Positions 10,963 to 23,836 of a DNA stretch of 49,307 nucleotides are shown in pieces. Within the stretch, counting starts at the first letter, position 1. The number at the start of each line of letters is the position of its first letter. The notes beneath the pieces were generated by a model. That model saw only the letters and a list, made by a program, of their open reading frames with translations. It ran no database searches and was not told where the DNA came from. Location: contig JAHBMJ010000351.1 in the NCBI GenBank assembly GCA_018398765.1, forward strand, positions 1 through 49,307, written 5' to 3'. Source of the DNA: Chromera velia (lineage: Eukaryota). The translations under genes and the position numbers were made by a program.

Positions 10963-12483
10963 TACGTGTACGTGTGTGTGTGTGCGTGTGCCCGCGCTGC
11001 AGAGGATGACGTCGGTGAAGTCTCGGAGTGGACGGTGGGGGGTCTCCTTCGGGACAAGCTCCCCATGTTCTTCGGCTGGTGGCGGCGTGGGGGCGGCAAT
11101 GGTAGAGAAGAGAGCAAAAGTGGTGGTCTTAAGGATGGACAGAAAGAGGAGGGTGGGTGCTCTGACGAGAAAAGGGAAGGGGGGGGGACTGCGTATGTAC
11201 CGCCCTCTCCAGAGTTCGTATGCGGAGACGGAGAGCTATCCTCTTCCTTAAAGCAGCCTGGACCTTTGGCGAGGCCTCAGGTGGGTGGGTAGGCTTTTGC
11301 TTCTGCATGTTGTTTTTGCTCTCGGGTGTTCGATGCCTGCATCCTGTTGGGCGTCGATCAACAAACACCTCTTTGGCTGTAGCTTGCATGCATGTGTTTT
11401 CCTCGCGCTACCTTTCTGCATATTTCCGCACCGCATCTTTCCCTCTGGTGCTTTCAATATAGAAAAGCTTCATGCGTTTGCGTTCGTCCATATCCTCTTC
11501 ATGGAGGTGCTGGCTGAGTCACTCATCATCCGAAAACTCTTTCAACAACACACACAATTCATTCATGCAGGTGCTGATTCATGGTGTTCCCATTGACCTC
11601 GAGACGCCAATCGCGGGTCTCTACTCTTCTGCGTTGGCCCCGGACGGCAGCGTGTATATTGTGGTGAGGTCCGTACGTGAGTGAGTCAGCAGAATTCAGA
11701 GCGCGTTCGATCGAATGAAGCAGGAAGTGGATCATACGCATGGACGGAGATTGAAAGAACGTTTATTCTTGTCTCCTTGTGTTTTCCCTTCCACGTCTTT
11801 CTCATGCATTCCGCTTTCCGCTTTCCCTCTCCTCCAACAGTCGGCCCTGTGTCGTTCGTGTGGAACGACTCGATCCAAAAGAGGACTGAAAAGCTGAATG
11901 TTCCTTGAATGCTTTCAGTGTGCTCACTGGTAAGCATCCCAGCGTAAGAAGGGTAGATTCATCCGAAGTTTGCTGTGGTACCTGCAGAGTGCCCAAACAT
12001 CTCGTAAGCCGTGATAAGGAGTCAAACAGCAAGGTCTCCCCGCCCTTCAGCTGGAAGGGACGCCCCCCTTCATCTGTGGCAGGCGGTGCAGGGGTGGGCA
12101 AAGAGAAGGAAAAAGAAAAGGAGTCTACGCAGAAAGTGGCCACTCCAGTCAGGGGGGACGCAGAAAAAGCGCCCGGGGGAGACGCCCCAGGGACGGCGGC
12201 TGTGACTCCCTCGGCAGCCGGTTCCGCTGCGGTTTCGTTTCCCTCCGGATCGGGGGCTGTTCGTGGGAGTTCCGGCTCCACAGCCGCCAAAGAAAGAGAA
12301 ACCGAGGCGGAGAAAGAGAACGAAAAGGAAGCCAAAAGAAGTGGGGGAAATGTTGTATCGGAGGAGGCGCGCTTGGAGGCCGAGAGAACAGCGACTGTCC
12401 CCGCAACTGCCAGTGCAGGAGGACAGCCAGAGAAATCTTCTGCATCCGGGGTACCGGACAGAGCGGGGGAAGCAGCGGGATGA
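7561..12483 (+). CDS. ATG5: Autophagy protein 5 (multi-exon)
   Basis: Exons ~7561-7689, 7783-7910, 8303-~8520, 8916-8982, ~9493-9544, ~10298-10427, ~10606-10760, ~11003-11280, 11571-~11668, and probably ~11988-12483. They give the ATG5 motifs LLVPR..LP, IWF....PLDWRLPVGVLYDL, PWEVTV.F, FFMQRMK(K130-equivalent)MSCF, LW..F, RLLIRLF, TVGGLL, VLIHGV..LETPI..L....PDG.VYIV. The exon 3/4 junction and the last exon are uncertain; an alternative stop lies at 11684. Confidence 0.9.
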
Positions 12484-13759
12484 GGACGAAGTCTCTTTCT
12501 AGGTCTCTTTGAGCATTCAGGCTGAGGTGTTATCCGGTAATAATGCAGCAACACGCATTGGTGATTGACTCCAAGCTATATAGAGATTTATATACGATCG
12601 AGGAATGATTGCAGTATTGTATGCCATACTACTAGTAGTTACTATTTCTATACAATCGTCTAGTATTATTTTGAGATAATCTCAGAAACATTCTGTTACG
12701 TGCTTTCTCTCTTTCTTTCTTCAAGTTTCAAGTTCTTTCTGAAACAGGTTTGTTTTAAATGTTTTTTCTTTGTTTTTTCTGACTGGTTAATTGATAAACA
12801 AACAAACCACACTAGAAACTGCAGTTCGTGAGTCTAGTCGCGAGTGTTCATTGGCGGAATCATCGCCCGTTCAATGAGCAGATCGACGCTCAGTCGGTTC
12901 TCGTTAATAAAACACTAGATAAAACATCAAAAGTTGCGGCATGCATAGTATCCTTTGCACTGTGTTTGCGGTGTATAAGGTTTGGTCTATAGGGTTTGGT
13001 GTGTAACACAGTGTGAGTTTTTAAGGAATGGTCTGAAATATAATATCTCGGGGCCTGTTATAGCCGGCGCGCTGGTGACACTATAGGCGACAACTTTACA
13101 TAGCGAGAAGGCCTAGCGCGGAACGAAGCAATCAATGTTATCGTAATTAATCAATTAATCAATCATCCCAACAAACAATCTATAGTATCATCATTTTCTG
13201 GTTATCATGATGATAGCTTTCTAGTTAACTTCCTCGTATCATTTAAAATGAAACTGTTAGAAATTATGTTAAATTTAGAATAAATTTTAAGTTGACCAAA
13301 TATCTCTATATTAAAATTCATTTTCAACAAAATTAAACTCTAATAGTCTTTGAATTCTGATTAAAACTTATTTGGCGCTACTAGTATTTTACGTTTTGAT
13401 ATAGTCACGCTATCTAGCATGCTATGAACGACAAAGTCTTTGAAAGATCCTCGGCCTAGTCCTCGGCGAGATGTCGTTCCAGTTCATGCAGATCGAAACC
13501 ATGCGGGAGAAACAGTTTTAGAGACGTTCATGCAAGGGAGAAACGGAGGAAAGGAAGGAAGGAAGGAAGGAAGGAAGGAAAGAACAGGAAACGAGTGAAA
13601 GGAAGGTAGTCATGAAACAAACAAGAGAGCAGGAAGAAGGCCGGAAAGGCCTTCAAACGACAACAGACACGCAGTTCACTTTCAGACGTTCTGATTCGAT
13701 CTGACGGTCTTCAAGAAAATACCGATCAATCACAACAATCTCCACTGAAAGAGGAAAGA

Positions 13760-16700
13760 CAATTAAGACACGAAAGGAGAGAGAGTGAAAGAATGAAGGA
13801 CAGCGCTCAGAGGCAGCTGTCTATGGGTTTGCAAATTCCACAGAGCACCACCCCGCCAGTTATCAATCAGTCGAGATGATCGCGGGGAAGAAAAGTGACG
13901 AGCGATTCCTCTTTGAGGACTTAAACCGAAAAAACGATCACCGAGCGGATGGACGGACACACATACGTCCGACAAGCGTCCGCAGTTTATTTCCCTTTGA
14001 CTCATACGGCTTCAGTCTCTTTCTCCAAGTCTTCAAATGAGCGAGTAGGAGCCTCCGCTCAACGATCACGAGGTCACGACATGCATAGACCCCTGTTGAA
14101 TGTGCTTGTCACAGGACACCAACCTAGAGGTGCCATCGGCAAGCAGAGAGGCCACGCAAAAGAATTCTCTTCTGCAAGCATCCAGACACAAAAAAGGGAC
14201 AGCAGAGTATGGGGGGGNNNNNNNNNNNNNNNNNNNNNNNNNNNGGGGGGGGGGGAGGATTGAGGTTCACCAACCGACTCAAGAACGGAGTCGAAAAAGA
14301 AAAGGCAAGTGCAAGAAGGTAAGAGAACTCGTGGTGAATCCTCGTATCAGATCTGTATGGAAACAAAAGGAAACACGTCGCAGCGGTTTGCTCCATTGGT
14401 TTGTTTCTGTGTTAGGGACATTGGTAGCTCTAATCACTTCCCCTGCCCGACAAGTACAAATGTGGGAGAGAAACAAAAGCAAAAAAACAGAAGTAAGTGC
14501 CGAAGCAATTTTTGTGACACCAAGGATTCGTTGAAGACTCCTTGAACAGATTTGTTCTTGAAACAGCCACTTAACCAAATGAACAAAAAGAAAGCACACC
14601 GAACAACCCAAAGAAACGAGAGGGCGGGCGGGCAAAGAAACCAACCAACCGGCAGAATGTGTTCCCATGAGAGATGCGGAGCTCCAGGTCAGTGCCCCAG
14701 ACAGCCCTCTCTGCAGTGCCATGATTGGAGGGCCCCAGACTTCGGACAGTCGCGTTGACCACCTGGAAATATCCTGCCCACACCTCTGTCATGTGCACAC
14801 CTGCAAACACAAAACTCATCCAGCCGGTAAACAGGAAGACAAGAAGCAGACAGACAGATAAACAGACAACCAAAATTCACAGCGGACATGAAAACAAGTT
14901 CTGAAAAGCGAAGAAGAGAACAGAGACAGAGATCGAGTCTCTCTCCAAGTGGGTGGGTGAGACACTGATGCACTCACGATGCCACGCCCGGCCTCACAAC
15001 TTTCCCAGTCTATGCTCCTAGTGTCGGAGCTTGACACGCGAAAAAAGGATACTCGAGGTGCTGCTCTTCATCTTCCGTCGAGGTTTTCCTTCCTGCTTCG
15101 GGCTTCGGGAAGAAGAAATAATTTGGGTCCGTAGACATTAACGTAGGGAGAGCTTCTGCTGAAAAACAGACCGACCTGCTTTGTCGATGTACAGAGCGTC
15201 TGCTTCAGTCTCTGTCTGGTCTGTGAGCATTCGAAGCCTGTCGGGTCTGTCAATGGCTGCCATGGCAGTTCCATTCTGGGCCGTGCCCTCTGTCTGTGTT
15301 TGTGTCTGCGGCTGAGAGGGCGTTGTCCCGTTGGTGGTTGCTGTCTCTTTAGAAGGGGGGCGGACCGTCTCAGGTTGCTCTGTCGTATCTGCCACGGCCT
15401 CCTGCTTCCCCTGCTTGTCAAATCTACCGTTGTACTTCCAAGAGAATACCCAGTCGAGCTGCAAACGTTAATGCAGACAGTCAAGAAAGCGGATTCAGCC
15501 ATCACGCACAGACGAACAAGAACCATCAACGACTGGACTGTCGTCCCCTCTGTCTACAACGTTCTGCCTCCCCCCCAACCAGCCCTCATGGGCTGAGAAT
15601 GCAACTCCATAACTTCCAAAGAAAACACCTCAGAAATTGTTTCAAAACACATGCAGTGACTGTCGATGAGTTTGTGACAGAGAGTGAAGCCGATCGACGA
15701 ACCGTTGCCAAAGGGACCCCGATGCAGTTCTTGATCGTCAAGTGGAAGGGACCACTCTCGGCAGACCTCCAGCCGTACAGCTTTGATGCGTCGCCATTGG
15801 CAGCGACTGGAAGGACCTTCATAAAGTTCACCTCGTCTCTCACCACGGGTCTGCTCTTTTGTACAACGTCCCACACTTTCTTTCCAGCAGCCACAATCTC
15901 CTGCGCAGTGATTTCAGCAATGATTTTTGTGACAGCGGCCTTGGTAGCATCTGAAATGGTCCCGCCGGCAGTCTTGGCGTCCCCCCCTCCGATGGCCACC
16001 CCGCTGCCTTGAGTCTTTGGTTCGGCCACGGCTGGGATGCTGGCGACTGGAGCTCCCGATTCGCCGTCCTCTGTCAGCTCCCTGCCCCCCCTTTCTTTCT
16101 CCTCACCCTCGAGCTGCTCCAGCGTGCAGACGTCAGCAGACCCTCCTGCAACAAGTCTATCGAGAAGAGCAGTGGACGGACGGGGGGAGTCGGACGGGAG
16201 AAGCGACGCGACAGAGGCAGGCGTCAAGGTAGCAGCTCCTTCATTCTTTTGGGTGAGGAGAGCTCCGTCTGTCGCGACAGAGTCGCAAGAAAGGAACCGA
16301 GCGTTCCCCCTACCCGAAAGCAGAGACACACAGGAGAAGGCCAAAGAAGGGGCAGTTGGAGAAGAAGCAGAGATCTCCAGAGCGAGACCGCTTTCTCCGT
16401 TCTCTGAAGCCTTCAAAACTCCCAAGGAACGCACGGAAACCTTGAGGGAAACCCCAGGGAGCCAGTGCACGTGCTGGGGTTGCAGACGCGCATACTGAAC
16501 GGAGCAATCACTGCCCTCGCAGAAGTGTGCAAAGCTCCATGCCATGGAGAGCTGCAGAGAACGAGCAACAGACTAATGAGCTGGAGTGATTTTTGTTGTG
16601 ACGAAAGGAGACGGCACTGCAAGTTCGAAACACATACAGCCCCTTTTTCTGGGTGCAGGCACTTACCTCTCCTTGGTTTTCGCCTCTGCAATTTCTCAAG

Positions 16701-16987
16701 CTCAATTTCAGAGGGGGTGAGGAGGCCCAGATCAGAGGCGTGTCAATGTTTTGGGGTGCCACACCTGTGACGCCACGAGACCAGCTGTCCTGCCAGGATG
16801 CGGAGGACCAAAAAGTGAGTGCAGCGCCATCAAAGGCAATGCTCTCATCCAGGAGATCCCTATTCCACTCTGCTGATCCATCCCGGGAGCTATCAATGGC
16901 ACAGACCTTCAGCAAGTCGGCAAACTCGCCCGTGGCGCAGGAAGCCACGGCCAGAGACAGGGAAGCAAGCAGAGCGGAAGATCTCAT
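13760..16987 (-). CDS. Hypothetical multi-exon protein with an N-terminal signal peptide
   Basis: MRSSALLASLSLAVASCATG signal-like start. Exon 1 ends at a GTAAGT donor (~16666). A long exon starts at ~16552. Further AG/GT-bounded coding-like exons lie at ~15458-15175, ~14800-14650, ~14445-14375, ~14171-14123 and ~14092-14007. No family recognised; the 3' end is approximate. Confidence 0.55.
14218..14244. other. Assembly gap flanked by poly-G on both sides
   Basis: N run bounded by G runs. Confidence 0.99.
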
Positions 16988-17744
16988 TGTGTGCAACAGT
17001 ACAGCACGAAGTCACACTGGGGTGGGTGACAGATGACTCTTCAAAGAGCCCAAACACAAACAAGATGGTTGGACAAATGGGGCACTACAACTTTTTCCAC
17101 ATACGTCGGTGAAATGGTGCGTCAGCTTTTGTCAAGCCATAGAATGCACTCTTCCGAACAACCGTAATCGGCTAAGATCGGCTATAGCTATATGGTGTCT
17201 CATAAGATTTTAAAAATGGTCGGACCCGCGCTGGGCCGCGTGCCATGCATCCCGCTCCTCACCGGTTAATTATAGGAATACGTTTCCAACAAGTCTTGTA
17301 CACTTGCATGCTCGTATCGGTAGGAGATAGATCCTTGCATGAAGAAAAGAAATTGGATGCATGCATGTGTTTTGACATCAACCCATGCAATCGATCAGAT
17401 TCGATCTGATGCTGGATGATTCGATCTGCTCTGACAATCGTCAAATCAGTGGCTCCTGCATAAGTTTTCCTGTGTTCTCAAACGAACGTGAGGCCACGAG
17501 GATCAAGGTCTACCGTTTGAGCTTTGCATATTGACCAGCTTTACTTTGTCCCGAGCTCCTTCTTTGTACATACCCTTATATACTACGCACCGTCGCGTCG
17601 AATCAAAAGATCTGCAAGCAGTCAACAGGGCCGTCCGAAATCGAGTTGACTGATCGGCCGGTGTCGCCTCATCTCCTCTGACTCGCTGTTTTTTTCCTCA
17701 AAGCGTCAAGCATCCCCAAAAAGACCAAAGAAAAGCGGGGCACT

Positions 17745-19179
17745 ATGCGGAGAGATATTCTCGATTGGAATGAGTATGAGCCCTCCCCAATAGAACAGGA
17801 CCCTGTGCAGGACGCGTTTCTTTCCCTGCGAGAAAAAGTGCAAAGAAACTTTGGGGGAGGTCTGAAGGGAACCTTGCAGGACGCGTGGGTTCGATTGGCG
17901 GCAGAAGCAAACGCTCTTCAGGCGGGAAAAGGAAGTGGTCAACCGGACCCTTCGAGCATGCCATGTGAGATCTTCGCCCGCTCGATTGCGCGGTGCATCT
18001 CTCCAGGGTATCCCCTGACCACGCTGACTCAAGTGGCTAGCTCAAAGTCAGTTGGTTGACAGGTTTCAAGTGAGTTTGGCTGGCCAGACTCGTTGTTCTC
18101 GTCCCCTCTTTTCCATGCATGCATGCAAGCATGCATGCATTTCAACTTTTTTTCTTATCTCATCTTTGCACATGTATGTTTGTCCTGCGTCAATCAGGTT
18201 CGACTCCGATGCAGACGGCGTTGTGACAAGGGTCAGTCAGTTGGTGTCTGTATCAGACAAGTATGGATACAGAGGCAAAAACGTGGATGGACGGTCAGGA
18301 AAGCAGGCAGCCTGCACGTCAGTCAGGTAGCGAATCATTCACAGAGCTATATATATAGTCAGTAACAAAACGATAAAGCAGAAGTCCACTGACCATGCCC
18401 TCTGTTGATTGAATTCTGTTGTCGAGAGAAAGCAAGGCACACACAAAGGTGCTTTTGCAGACTAACTGACTCATGAAGAAGGATTTCATTCTTACATCTT
18501 CGAAAATTGTCTGTTCGGTGCAAAATTTCTGCTTTCCCTCCCTCCCTCCCTCCCTCCCTCCCTGTGCAGACAGACTTCCTCCGCGTGATTGCTCCGGAGG
18601 TCTACGGGCGCAATTTTGTGTCCGGAGTCGAATGGACTTTGGTGAGTTTTTGTTTTTGGTGGTCTCCTTATCTGTTCTGTGGAAGGGAGGCAAAAACGAA
18701 GGGACCTCAAAAGGCCAACGAAGGGAAAAACAGATAGAATGCTGCTAGGTTTCGTTGAGCTAAGGAGATTTGATTCTCGTGCACTTCTTTCACTGGTGCA
18801 CGAAGTCTGCGCATACATATTTCTCTATCTCTATGCAAAATATGAGCTGCATGAAAGCAGTGTCGACAAACGGGATGTTTTCTTTCTAGGTTTCTTCCTC
18901 AAGCCTTTTCTGAGTCTCTCCTTCTAAACATCAAAACGAGAAAAGGAGATCAAAGGAGAGCCGACAAACCAGCCAAGCCTCCCGTTAAATTATTAGGTTG
19001 TCTTCTCTCTTTTTTTCTTCTTGTCTTTTCTTCTCCTCTCCCGACTTCTATTCCTCCGAGTCATCCGTCCACATGTTTTGTCATGCTACAGTCTGATTTC
19101 TTTTATTCGCCTGTTGGATTGATTATTCCTCTCCCCGTCCTTCTTTCAATGCAGCCCTCCTCTTCCTCTCTCTCCCTCN

Positions 19180-19216
<37 letters not shown>

Positions 19217-19239
19217 GTCTCTCCCTTTCTCCCTTTCTC

Positions 19240-19276
<37 letters not shown>

Positions 19277-19300
19277 GTCTGTCTGTCTATCTATCTGTCC

Positions 19301-19385
<85 letters not shown>

Positions 19386-19471
19386 CCTGTCTGTCTGTCT
19401 GTCTGCCTGCCTGTCTGTCTGTCTGCCTGTTTGTCTGTCTGTCTACCTGTCTGTCTGTCCGTCTGTCTGCA

Positions 19472-19504
<33 letters not shown>

Positions 19505-21769
19505 TTCTGTGTCTGCAAAGCTTATCCAGGCCCTGTCTTGGAGTCCCTTGATGTCTGTTGGTGACTGTCAACCCTCGTTGCACTACTTTTCTTCTCACGT
19601 TATTGTTTCCAGAACTGAAGAGCAAACCTATCTTCCCTTATGTATGCAGACCAATGCCGCTGCAGCAACGGACACAGCTCCCACGCCACACCCCCAGACT
19701 GCTCCCACAGCTGACACCACACCCACCCTTCCACAGCCAGGTGGGACAGGGACGGCAAAGGACCAGAGCCAAGACCGAGCACACCCCCTGGCAACCGAGC
19801 TGTCGAGAAAGGTGAGGGAAGAACACCGATTTGCCCCTGATGTGCGAAACGACTGAAAATGGTATTTGACAATGACCGGTTTGTTTCACTCTTTCTCCCG
19901 GTCGGGCTTCTTCCGTGTAATGCCTGGTGGTTTTCATAGGCGCCTCACTCACTCAGACAGGTCGAGTGAAGTTTTCGGTGTCAGAGTCACTTGGCCTATG
20001 TCTCTTGAGACGCTGTGAAAATCTCCATTTGGATCTCTTTTTTTAAAGACTGACATGTCTCCCGTCCCTTCTCTATCTCTCTGTGCGAATCTATTAAAAG
20101 CAGAATTGAAGTGCAAAAAGGAGACAAGAGCCATCCGTCTCCCTCGCCCCCCTATGTCTGCCTGTGCATCTTTTTCTTATCCCAAATCTAGTGCTGTACG
20201 TTCTGTTCTTTCTCCCTGTTGCCGTATCTCTCTTGTGTTCGGTCTTCAGGTGCGTGAAAAATACAGGGATGCCACGCAGGTCAGCATTTTTTTCTTTCTC
20301 ACTGTCCCCTTTCCTTTGAATTTGATTTGCTTCCTGTTCCTTTTAAATCAAAATGGACTGCACCTCTCAAGACTCCGTCGCCCGCTTTAGTGTGCACAGC
20401 GTCTCGTTCCCCTTCCTTCCTTTCTTCCTTCCTTGCTTCCTTCCTCTTTTGCTATCTTCATTGCCTGCTTTTGATTGTGATAAGAAAAATGGGAGGCAGG
20501 AAATGAGACAAAGGTGTGTTTTTTGTCCCTCCTTTCTTTTCACAACATTCAGAGCACGTTCAGCCTCCTTCCACACAACTCTGCACTGATGCACATGCGT
20601 TTGGTGCTGACCTATTGATCTTTGTTGAATAACAAGAATCGCAAATGCTTCGACTGTACTTCCGTCTGCTTCATACTTGACTGCCAAGTCGACTGCAGTG
20701 TTTCTTGAGGTACAAGGAGAGCGGTGCACAAGGACTTGACGTTCAAGTAAGCTGCATGAGCTCCTCCAATGTGGGCGTGCATCCCCCCAAGCCCCCTCTC
20801 TTCCACTCGTGTGTGTGTGTGTGTGTCCAAGGGGTTTTTCAAAGTTTGTTTCCCAAAACCAATGCAAACGAAGCCAAAAGAAGAGGAAGCAGAAACAAAA
20901 TGCTCCTCGGTCCCCCACTGCCTCTCTCAAACACCGGCGCACCCGATTACACTTAACAAGATACCCGGCCGGGAAGGAATAATGGGGGAGAATGAAGCGG
21001 AAAAATCATTTTTGGATGGGGTCTAAAGAGATCCCAAGCACCGATGGGGGGGAAGGGACACAAACTGACATTGCAAATGGATAACCGGCCTTTGTGTCTT
21101 CTAACTCTTTGCCTGCATGCCTGCCTGCCTGCCTGCTTGCCTGCCTGTCTTTATGTGTGTCTGTCGGTCTGTCTGTCTTTCTGTCTGTCTGTCTGTCCAT
21201 CTGTCTATAGGTCTATATGTCTATCCGTCTATCTGTCTATCTGTCCAATTGTCTGTATATCTCTGTGTTTGTGGGTGCCTGCATGCAGAGTCTGAAAAGT
21301 CTAAGCACAGATTTCGGAATTAAGCCGTCGGATGGAGATCTCGCAGGAGCTCTTCGTGCGCTGGTCAGTTGGTTGGATGTGTGGGTGCATGGGTGGATGG
21401 TTCCAAACTTTTGGGAGTCGTGTTGTCGTTGTGTCTATACACCCAAGAAATCGTCGTCTCTAGATTAGTACTTCTTTTCAAATCGAGAGTCTTGTTTGGA
21501 GAATCTCTTGGGCCGTTAGGGAATGTATCAGTGTTGTCTCTCGAAGCGTTCGTCCTTTTTTTTTTTGCCCTCCTGCCCTTTCGTCTTCTGGCTAATGTCC
21601 TTGTCGAGCAGGCAGCATCCGCTTAGTCTTGGTTTTGCTCTTTCCGCTCAAGTGTGTAGAGGTCCCTCGAACACGGAGCGATGGACATGTTGGAACAAAT
21701 TGCAAGTTCTCGTGAGTGCTTTCTCCATCTCCCTCCATCAATCTCGTTCCCTCTCTTCCTTTTTTTCTG

Positions 21770-21844
<75 letters not shown>

Positions 21845-21973
21845 ATGCAGGATGCCAACGGGGACGGCCTGGTGGATGTGCACGAGTGGATGGTTGCAGT
21901 AAAGGGCGTCTACGCTGCTCGCCCGCCCCCACCCGCTGTCTCTCCGAGCCGTCGGCCTGTCAGGTGGACATGA
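17745..21973 (+). CDS. EF-hand calcium-binding protein (multi-exon)
   Basis: Phase-consistent exons 17745-18046, 18198-18231, 18570-18641, 19650-19811, 20250-20279, 20699-20746, 21289-21363 and 21851-21973. EF loops FDSDADGVVTRTDF and LDANGDGLVDVHEW, plus a degenerate EF hand (CFLRYKESGAQGLDVQSL). The true start may lie further upstream. Confidence 0.8.
19160..19512. repeat. (TC)n/(TCTG)n intronic microsatellite
   Basis: Direct reading. Confidence 0.95.
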
Positions 21974-23836
21974 AAAGAGCTAGACCGAAGGAGCAAATCA
22001 AAAATCAGAGGGGAAGGAAGGATCGAAGACTTCTCGCTGGCTCTTCTCTAGATCTCGGCGGAGCTGACGATCAAGCAGTTGTCCTGATGGCAACGAAAAT
22101 AGGATCAATGAAATAAATATTGTCAGTCCTCCCTCTACCGTGACCATAGCCTTTTGATTTGTTCCCATTCAATTCATGAAACACTTTGAGCTGAACGAAT
22201 TGCGGCAAAAGAATTCAGTCACAGAAGTCCTTACGACATTGCATTCAAATAAAGCCAAAGCCTAGGCCAAAGCTTGCAGTGCAACAATCAAAAAGTAAGA
22301 AAAACAAGTAAAATAGGGTCTTTGTGTGTGTTATACGTGATAGCATGGTGATAAAATTATGGCTTTCTCATTTTTCTTAAGGCTAAAATTAATTAATCAA
22401 TGAAATTAGTCTTTTTGATGCTGGTTTTATCAACTGTTTTGATATATTTTGATACACCATATGCGCTTTTTGCTCTTTTATATAGTTCTACTTCAATCTA
22501 GACTTCAATGTTTAGCCTAACGAATAACAATCATTGTAGTGTATCACGCTGTGTGTGTATAGGTATGTATAGGTTGTGGTGCGAGGGTGAGCGAGCGCCC
22601 CGCCTTCCTACATCGACTATGATTGAACCAGCCCGTGCACCTATGTGTTTGTTCCGTTGTGATAGGTCATGATTGAAGTAAACGCGCGCGTAGTAAAATG
22701 TGTTTTAGCCATATGAATCAGTAATCACATGCAGTTACGTTTCTATTGTATCAGTATGTAAGATCAGCCTGATAGTACCTGTGTGTGTACTACCTGATAG
22801 AAAGACATCAAAAAGCGGAATAACGATGGTCTTTCTGGGTCGTTCTGAGTGATAAACTCTTATACTGCCTAGACTAGCCTTAACTAGCCTAGACCACGTT
22901 TATGTAACAATCATCTATAATTATCCACAAAATCTTTCTTACCTTAACTTGTTCTGACTCTTACCACAGACAGATCAGATTCTTACAGGAAGAAACGGAT
23001 AAGCCACATCAAGCCACACAATTAAACACCAGTCTGGATGAACGCTTGGAGACAGACAGAACACTCTCTATTTGCAGCGAGTGCACACATGTAAACTCTA
23101 TATACACCCCAGCCGGGCAAGTACTGTCGCGGCCGGCCGGGCACCCCACGCAGCGTTGCAAGGGAGCCGGCCGGCCCCTTTGCGCGGCAAATTGCGCGCG
23201 CCCCTTAATTCCGTATCGACGCACCTGCATGACGCCCCGCGGCCCCGGCACCCGCTGAAATCGTCTGCACTGACTCTGCAGCTAGATCTTCAATGGTCTT
23301 CACCCAAACAAAAGTTCTTTGAGGACCGACATGGACAGACAATTAAGAGAAAATGCCGCAAGAAGCCCCCCCAAATTCCGCATATTGCACCGGCCCTTGG
23401 TACGATTTGTTGTTTCGTCGTATTTCGAAGCTCCAGAGTAGTAGCAAGATGTCTCAACCGGCCGCAAAAAATCACGGATCTGCTGCAAGTCTGTCAAGAT
23501 CTTTTCTCCGTCTCCATTTCTTTTTTCCCTCCATGACAACGGGCATGGAAGTGAAGCCCTGCATTTTATGATGCTTGTGTGCAGGTGCAGAAATGGGGCC
23601 TAATGGGTTAGGTGATCAGATCGTGCAACCTGTCGATATTGTGCATTCCATCAGTCCGCGTCCTGTCAACCTGTCCCAGTGAGCCTGAGAGGTGTTGTGC
23701 ACATTGTGTGTATCTGATGCTTTTCTCTTCTGTTCTCTCTTACGAGTTTCTTCTACTTTTCCATGTTCGTTTCTCTCGTGCCTGCCGTTGGCTTAATTAT
23801 TTTTCTCAAACACACATCCACTTCACTTATAGTGCA

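Noticed and set aside
11802..12554. 250-aa minus-strand ORF, and similar antisense ORFs at 26879-27577, 29416-30107 and 15599-16498
   Set aside because: Antisense shadows of coding regions on the opposite strand.
12974..13000. Telomere-like AGGGTTT repeats
   Set aside because: Only two imperfect, spaced copies.
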